Under the pieces are notes generated by a model. That model did no database searches. It was given only the letters and a program-made list of their open reading frames with translations, and was not told where the DNA came from. Below are positions 57,022 to 64,000 of a stretch of 64,000 nt of DNA, piece by piece. The position numbers were made by a program, and so were the translations under genes. Origin of the DNA: Trichoplax adhaerens (taxonomy: Eukaryota > Animalia > Placozoa); assembly GCF_000150275.1 (NCBI RefSeq), contig NW_002060955.1, forward strand, positions 412,886-476,885, read 5' to 3'. Positions within the stretch are counted from its first letter, which is position 1, and each line of letters starts with the position of its first letter.

Positions 57022-60000
57022 TTAAAGTCTTGGAGTCATGGTTGCTGATCGATGCACATCTTGAAGCCAGTCTCCTAAAACTTGATTCAATTCATTCGGA
57101 CTATAAATAAACAACCCAAATATGAATATTAGTAAGGATATTCGCTTCATCATAATCAATGATATCTTATTACTGCATACTGTATACAACGACTAAATGT
57201 TGCCATTGTAGAATATCAACGTAACTGCCATGTGTTGTATTAGTATATTGATGGCATTATTCGAATTCAGTAAAGATATTAGAAAAATAGTCTGCTACGA
57301 TATGGTATGAGATGGACCGTAGTATCCATTTCTTAGATAATTATTCATAAATATACATATAGTCGGTGATATTGCACACAAATCAATAACGTCCATTTCG
57401 GCCAAATATGAAATCTCGTAGCTAACATACCATTCCAATTGCGTCCAATGGCCACACTCAAGCTCCTTTCTAGTTAAATTAGGGACCCAAGGCGTCATCA
57501 GTTTGCTAAGCGCGGGATACAGCACTTTATCATACTTAGCAGTAACCATTAAAGATGGCTGCAAAATCTTATAATAAATCAGCAAAAGATTGACTTAAGT
57601 ACTCTCAAGTTATGGTCATTTTCCTACACATAGCAGTACAACTATGACAAATGATCATACTTTACGATTTGCAACACGACAATTCCATTCCCAATTTCTA
57701 TCCAAATTACGATACCAATTTATTCCACCTCTACATTAAGTAAAGGAATAATTAATCGATTAGTCACGATGATTGCTAGTTGACTAAATACCTTATTTAG
57801 ACTGACAACTACAATACGAGTATCTATAGATTTATAATTCCAGGAGAAATTATGATCTAGTGGCATACCTGAATCCAGTTCGGGTAAATTGATCAACGTA
57901 AAACTTTAAATCCTCCTCCGAAAGTATAACACTACGACGAGGCTTCTCGGGAAAACCTACTAAAAATCCTCCTAAAGTATAAATCACATTAATTAATTCA
58001 ATAGCCAATAAATATCATAGACGTGTTGATTGGATAATAAGTCTTATAAGTTATTGCCTCGTTCCCTGACGTTGCTGGTATCTACTTTGCGAGTTAATGA
58101 CAGCTTATCCTATAAACAATTTATAATGAAGCATGAATCATTGCAATAATGAATTACTCTACAGGAATTAAACCATGATTGCTTTTTAATACAATGATGC
58201 TTGAAATATCTATACTAGATTCATTTAGAAGTTAAAAGCGGACGAAATGGAAAAGCATAATTCAAATAAAAGTGATTACTAACTTCTTCCGAAGTACCCC
58301 TAAATAAACATAGGAAAGTTCGTTCAATATCTTTCTCAAATTCAGCTTCAGCTACGCCCTATATATAAAATCATACAAGCAACAATTGTAAAATTACTGA
58401 TGATTATCATAGCAATCAATGAATATATTTTATTTTAATGACAACTCTACAATTGTTCGTAAAAATGAACCTCATCCTGGAAGTAAAGTTGATAGTCGAA
58501 GGTATGCGGATTTTTCTTCATTTTAGTTAGTGGACTCGCTGATACATCGATTGGAATGTATGGTGTGTTTACACCTGCTACAGCTCTACAAATTGATTTC
58601 ATTAAATGAGACATTTTAATAATACCATTATATATACACTGTATACGTGTCCTGACTAATATATGTATAACATTAATACGTGACAATACCTAATACGTTC
58701 GGGATAACGTAGAGCACAAATCCAAACAATAAAACCGCCCCAATCGTGGCCAACGAGTGTCACATTCGGTAAGCCCTATTTAGTAGAATAACGCGCTTAT
58801 TTACCCGTACCATAATTAAGCTATTTCTTGCTGGTCAAGCTGTATATACATACGTTATACCATGCTATAGAATAAGTTGACTTACAAGAGTGTCCATCAA
58901 GTGCAGTAAATCCTATAAATTATAACATAGACATATAGTTTGATTTATAATCAGACATGCTAGTTATATTTAACATGATTCATGAATTAAATATAGTTAC
59001 CGAAATAATCTTTTCAGTTGTATATTCTTCAACGGCTATTAATAACAAATGATGATAAGGTTAGCGATCGCTCATGCTGCATTAAGATAATGTGATTATA
59101 CATTCCAGTAAATAGATCTTACAAATGACAGTCTAATGCCTACTGGCAACATGAGAATTTGCGATAATTATTAAGATGTCAACTGATAATATTAAATCAA
59201 GGCCTTGCTATTGTACTAACCTCGTGGACAACTCGATTCTCCAAATCCACGTTGATCGAGTGCAATAGCTCGATAGCCTAATTCAGCTATGTGTGCAAGC
59301 TAAGTAAAATAATTTTTTAAGCAATCTATTAATTATCTTTCACATTTACTTGCAATATCCGATTCGTTCTAGATTGAAATACGATACTAACCTGGTAACG
59401 CCAAGAATACCAACACTCAGGCCATCCATGGCAAAATATGACTGGTGGACCATGACCGCATTCAACATAGTGAGTTTTTATACCTTCCTGAAGGAACAAC
59501 AGTAATAACAAGTGAACAACATCGCAGTTGTATTTTTTAAGCCATTATAGCTAGGATAGTTATTTAACTTAATGTCTATATTCTACTATTCTAACCTTGC
59601 TAACAATGTAGCCATGAGCAAAACGACTGATATCGCAGTATGGGACAACCTTACGATTGAAGTCGATGTTTAAAAGCTCTGCCAAATCTTTAAGCCCTTG
59701 AAAGGAATTCTTAACAATTATAGTTTTCATGCCCAACTTTTCTGCACCAACACAATTTTTGGTGGAATCATCCAAAAAAATGACCTGAAATAAAGTTGCG
59801 AATGTTCATAAATACAAATAGCCGTCAAAGCATTACATCAGCCGATATCAAGTGCAAGCATTGATAACTACACCATGGCTTGTAATCATTTACAAAATGA
59901 ACAATTAAATCAATTTTAAAGGTATATTGTTTTTTAAGCTGAGAAAAATCTTAAGTAAACTGGGCGCGCAATTATGCCAATGGTAGCTGATAGATATTTG

Positions 60001-61767
60001 TTATTGTAATAATGTAGATACACTAGTCAGAACTGCATCGGCATTGAGATCTTATAGGTGCTACTTATAATATGAATGTTGATACGTATGTAATTAAGAC
60101 ACGGAAGGAAGTAGACTCCTCTACACCATAGTTACAAGTAATCATAACTTTAATCAATTAACTGCATTACTCTAAATTAGAATTCAGATAATTAATTTTA
60201 GCTACTTGAAGGTAAATCAGTATTATCTAGTCAATTTACTACGCGTATATAGAGGAAGCTACATTACTTCGGATGGTTGAACGTTCATCTTATTGCAGAC
60301 ATATTCATACAATTTAGCATCAGGTTTTGCCATGCCAATGTGACAAGATTCAAATACATAATCAAAGCGGCGACGAAATTTCAACATAATTGCAGCAATA
60401 GACAATCTTCTTTCAGTATCATCAGTCCAATTATTAGTTAATAATGCAACCTTGTAGCCTAAAATGTAGTTAAATATCGAGAGAAACCAATACCAATGTA
60501 TCAAAACAACACCTGTCAAGGCATAGTCATGCAACTAGGAATATTAAAATTTTTCATTACCATTATGATGTAAACAGTCAATAGCTTTCATAACGTTTTC
60601 CATTATTGAACTATTGCTGAAGCCGCTTGTAAACAATTTCTTTACGGAAAAACCTTCAGGCAATTGAAACTTTTTCTCTTCAGCATACTTTTCACATTCT
60701 TTATCGCACTCTTGATAAAACTGGTTGAGAAGCAATGATAACGTTGAATACTAAGCATAAGCATGACGGGTCTGCGTGTAGACTAATGTGTATAAATATA
60801 ATGCTATGAATAGAACGAACTAATCACCATGCATCTCTTACATAATTCTCTACTCTTAATTACCTGAGATAGGGTAATTTCACCTTTCATAACTTTACCA
60901 AATGAATAATTTGAATCATCTTCCTTGAAAAGCTCACTAAACATTCCACTATAGATCAATTTGGAAAGTATATACACGTATAAAGAAGAATTTACAAACA
61001 TGAATTGCTGCCAAAATCCGTACGAAGTAAATCAATATACAGTACAATATTTAATTGTGACACTATAGTATCAAGGTCATTCATTAATTATATTATCGCA
61101 ACAGCTGGGAATGCTATTAATGACACTTAATAAGATCGTATGAGTTATGATACGAAAACAAATTAAATCTTATCTATAGTATAGTAAGAATACTACAGAT
61201 TATATTATATACTTTAGGAGATATTTAAATGATAATTATTATTCATACAATCATTACCTAGCTAATCCATTTTCCCACTCGTATTTTCGGAAACCAAATT
61301 GTAACGGTGTTAGAAGGACACCACCCATGTCGAACATGACAATTTTCCACCTGTAATTGATATGAAATAAAAAATTATGTATTAGTGACAGAGTAGATTA
61401 AAAGAAGTTTACAGATCATAGCTAACACACCCAAGAGGGGTTGCACTTGGCCATCGGCCCCACATATAAAACGGATCAGCTCACAATGTAACTCATTAAG
61501 AATAAATGCTTTCATCTATAACACTATATAATGATATCCTACTGTATCCACAGTTGTCATCAGGGCTAAAAATGTCGACAAAATACAACCCTTATCCATA
61601 AGCAGTCATAACCAATTTCTCATGTCATTAATAGTATCTTAATTTGTAATATAAATTTCGAGTACAATGCCGAGAAAATTGCTATCAAATATGAGCTTTA
61701 TGCCTGTCACGATTTATTCCATCATTTTTTAAAATGCGTACGAAAACTGCAGGATTAACTACCTCAT
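57022..61767 (-). CDS. EPHX2: Two-domain soluble epoxide hydrolase (N-terminal HAD-like domain plus alpha/beta-hydrolase EH domain)
   Basis: MR|WKIVMFDMGGVLLTP, LLTNNW, ESCHIGMAKPDAKLY and IFLDD (HAD domain). HGWPECWYSWRYQ, VGHDWGG (Asp nucleophile), FDYQLYFQ and GINWYRN (two Tyr), VTAKYDKVL and CGHWTQLE (EH catalytic set). Ends ATMTPRL*. An in-frame upstream ATG at 61851 could add 28 aa. Confidence 0.93.
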
Positions 61768-62079
61768 TGATGGTATGATAGAAAAAGTTGTTTGATTGCT
61801 ATAGCATTTCTCGTAATAGTTCGCACATAAGCAAAAGCCTCTCCTTTGCATAACCTAGGTACTATTTTCACTGTATGTGTGTGTGTGTAATGAGTAGTCT
61901 CTAGCTAAGACCAAGACTGGCATTATACGGTATTTAATATCTATCATAAAACAGAGCAGACTGATGCTTAAACTTGAGGTTTATGAAATAAGCATATAGA
62001 ATTGCTCGTATAAACAGCAAAATTTAACTTACTGATAATATTGACTCGTGTCGTAGAGTAAATTTTAGTATGCATGATA

Positions 62080-62930
62080 CAGACAATTTATATTCATCAT
62101 TTATATAACGGAGTCAATAGAATTGATCAAAAACTACTGTAAATCTGCAATAGCAGCTTGCGGTGTATGTCCAGTATTTAGTATTTATGATGCGGGCTAT
62201 TTTATTCATCCTCTACATGATGGAGTCAATTTTATTGACTCAACCCTACTGCAATTCTGTAATATCCACTTGTACTGTGTAACTAGTATTTAGTATTTAT
62301 GATACTGGCAATTTCTATAAAATCAATAGCCCTGCATCATTGACATGATGGAGTCAATGGAATGGATTAAAATCTATTGTAAATTTACAATTTCAGCTTG
62401 TAGTGCATACCCAGGACTTTGTATTTATGATATAGGCTATTTGTAGAATGTAAATACTGTCGGCTGTATCATTTCCTTGATGGTAGCAATAGACTTGGCT
62501 ACAAACTATTGCGAATCTACAATATTAGCTTGTACTGCATATTTAGGATTGAGTATTTACAGTATGATGGGACAAAGCAGGCTAATGTACAAATTTATAA
62601 ACCAGGTATCTAGAATTCTATGTAGCGGAATTGAGCCTGCCCTTACTATTGATTTATATCACAAAATAAATAAAATAAATAAATGTCCAGGCAAGTTATG
62701 AAACAACTTTTATGCTGTACGTAATAATAATAACAGTAGTGACAGTATCTATCCAGTTAGTTAAGATTTCAGTCTAGCTCATGTCATCAGTAACTAAAAC
62801 TCCTCGCTTTTTATTGATCCAACTAAGAAATAGGTCTGATGGATGTACTAAACCTACCACAGTGCATGATGGAAGCAATGAAATTGACTAAAAGCTACTG
62901 CAAATCGACACTATCCGCTTGTAGTACACA
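62080..62930. repeat. Degenerate tandem repeat, ~110-130 bp unit, upstream of EPHX2
   Basis: GATGGAGTCAAT...CTACTG.AAAT...GCTTG...TAGTATTTATGAT blocks at ~62108, 62218, 62346, 62478 and 62866. Confidence 0.7.
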
Positions 62931-64000
62931 CTCTTGCCTCTAATTACAACGTCAACATTCAAGCTAGCCAACAAGCACAATATGAACCAGTCGATTGTAG
63001 CAAGATGTAGCAATTCAACTTGTAATCAAGATGTAAATGAACCATTGATTGATCCAGTAGAACTTTGTAATGTGTATTTATACCTCTTTTGATCGCTCAT
63101 CTTTGTCGTGAAATAAAATTGATCCGATTTTTTTCTTGAATTCAAGGGTTTCTTGCTTGAAATTGTGCTTGTTATGATAGATTATGGTAATGAAATGTTG
63201 TTATGATTGAATCGCCAACTCCTACAGCACTCTTTAATGATGATGGGATATCAAGGGTATACTGATTGGATTTGTTATTCCACTTTTCCAATAGATGGAC
63301 GAGATGTGCCTATGCTTGTTTCACCGTTGCCACTAGCTCAAGCACTAGCTGCACTACTAAACTGCTATCTAATTTATAGAAAAAATTCTCTCCACGCCTA
63401 CCGCCAATAATATTGCACAATTCTGCTACATCGCGGGGTAACAGTGGTGTTTAAGATACACTTTATACTGTCTCTAGGTGCTACCATCCATCCTCCTTGT
63501 TCAAATTAAATGTCACTCTGTCAATATTTCCTTCCGTAACTAATTACTCTACTTTATTGTATAGTAGATTATAATTTGACCTCTGTCCATTGCCTCTTTC
63601 AAAAGATCTCCTCGCGTCTATTCGAGGTCGCAGTATAACCTTTAACCTTTTCCATTACAGTATTACTAGACTTGTCATTTTGTAGTAGACTTTTCCCTGT
63701 TTCTACAGTACCTCAATTAATGTTAATGCACACTATGCTAACTGCAATGCCATTCGATGTGGTTTCTTTACCTTTCTTGTACTTATCATACCACTGTTGC
63801 AGTCACGTGTTGGAAAAAAAAACTGATGATCATGATGTTATTATTTTGAATTAGAATTAATTCTATAATCTTGATCATGGCATGGATGATCCACTGCTAG
63901 AAATCATCAACAACAACAGGTTGAATTGTTGATCCACTGTTGAGCTGATGATATTATGATCATCGTTCGAGATCCTCGATAACTGCGTAGAAATCGTACT

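Overview
Eukaryotic, AT-rich, intron-dense animal genomic DNA. Most introns are about 70-150 bp and GT-AG. The style and gene set suggest a compact basal metazoan such as the placozoan Trichoplax, but this is inference. Eight protein-coding genes can be rebuilt by splicing: CTU1 (minus, 3' end runs off the window), NADP-type malic enzyme (minus), a SENP6/7-type SUMO protease (plus, with an internal tandem duplication of three exons), intronless TTLL2-like tubulin glutamylase (minus), UTP14 (minus), STIM (plus, divergent from UTP14), CWH43/PGAP2IP (minus) and two-domain soluble epoxide hydrolase EPHX2 (minus). Intergenic DNA and long introns carry at least ten unrelated tandem arrays with 90-240 bp units, several with internal inverted repeats. 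No tRNA, rRNA, CRISPR array or transposase was recognised. I see no clear new biological system. The best leads are an altered STIM SOAR/CAD gating segment, the frame-compatible SENP exon duplication, a probably phosphatase-dead EPHX2 HAD domain, and the recurrent foldback repeat arrays.
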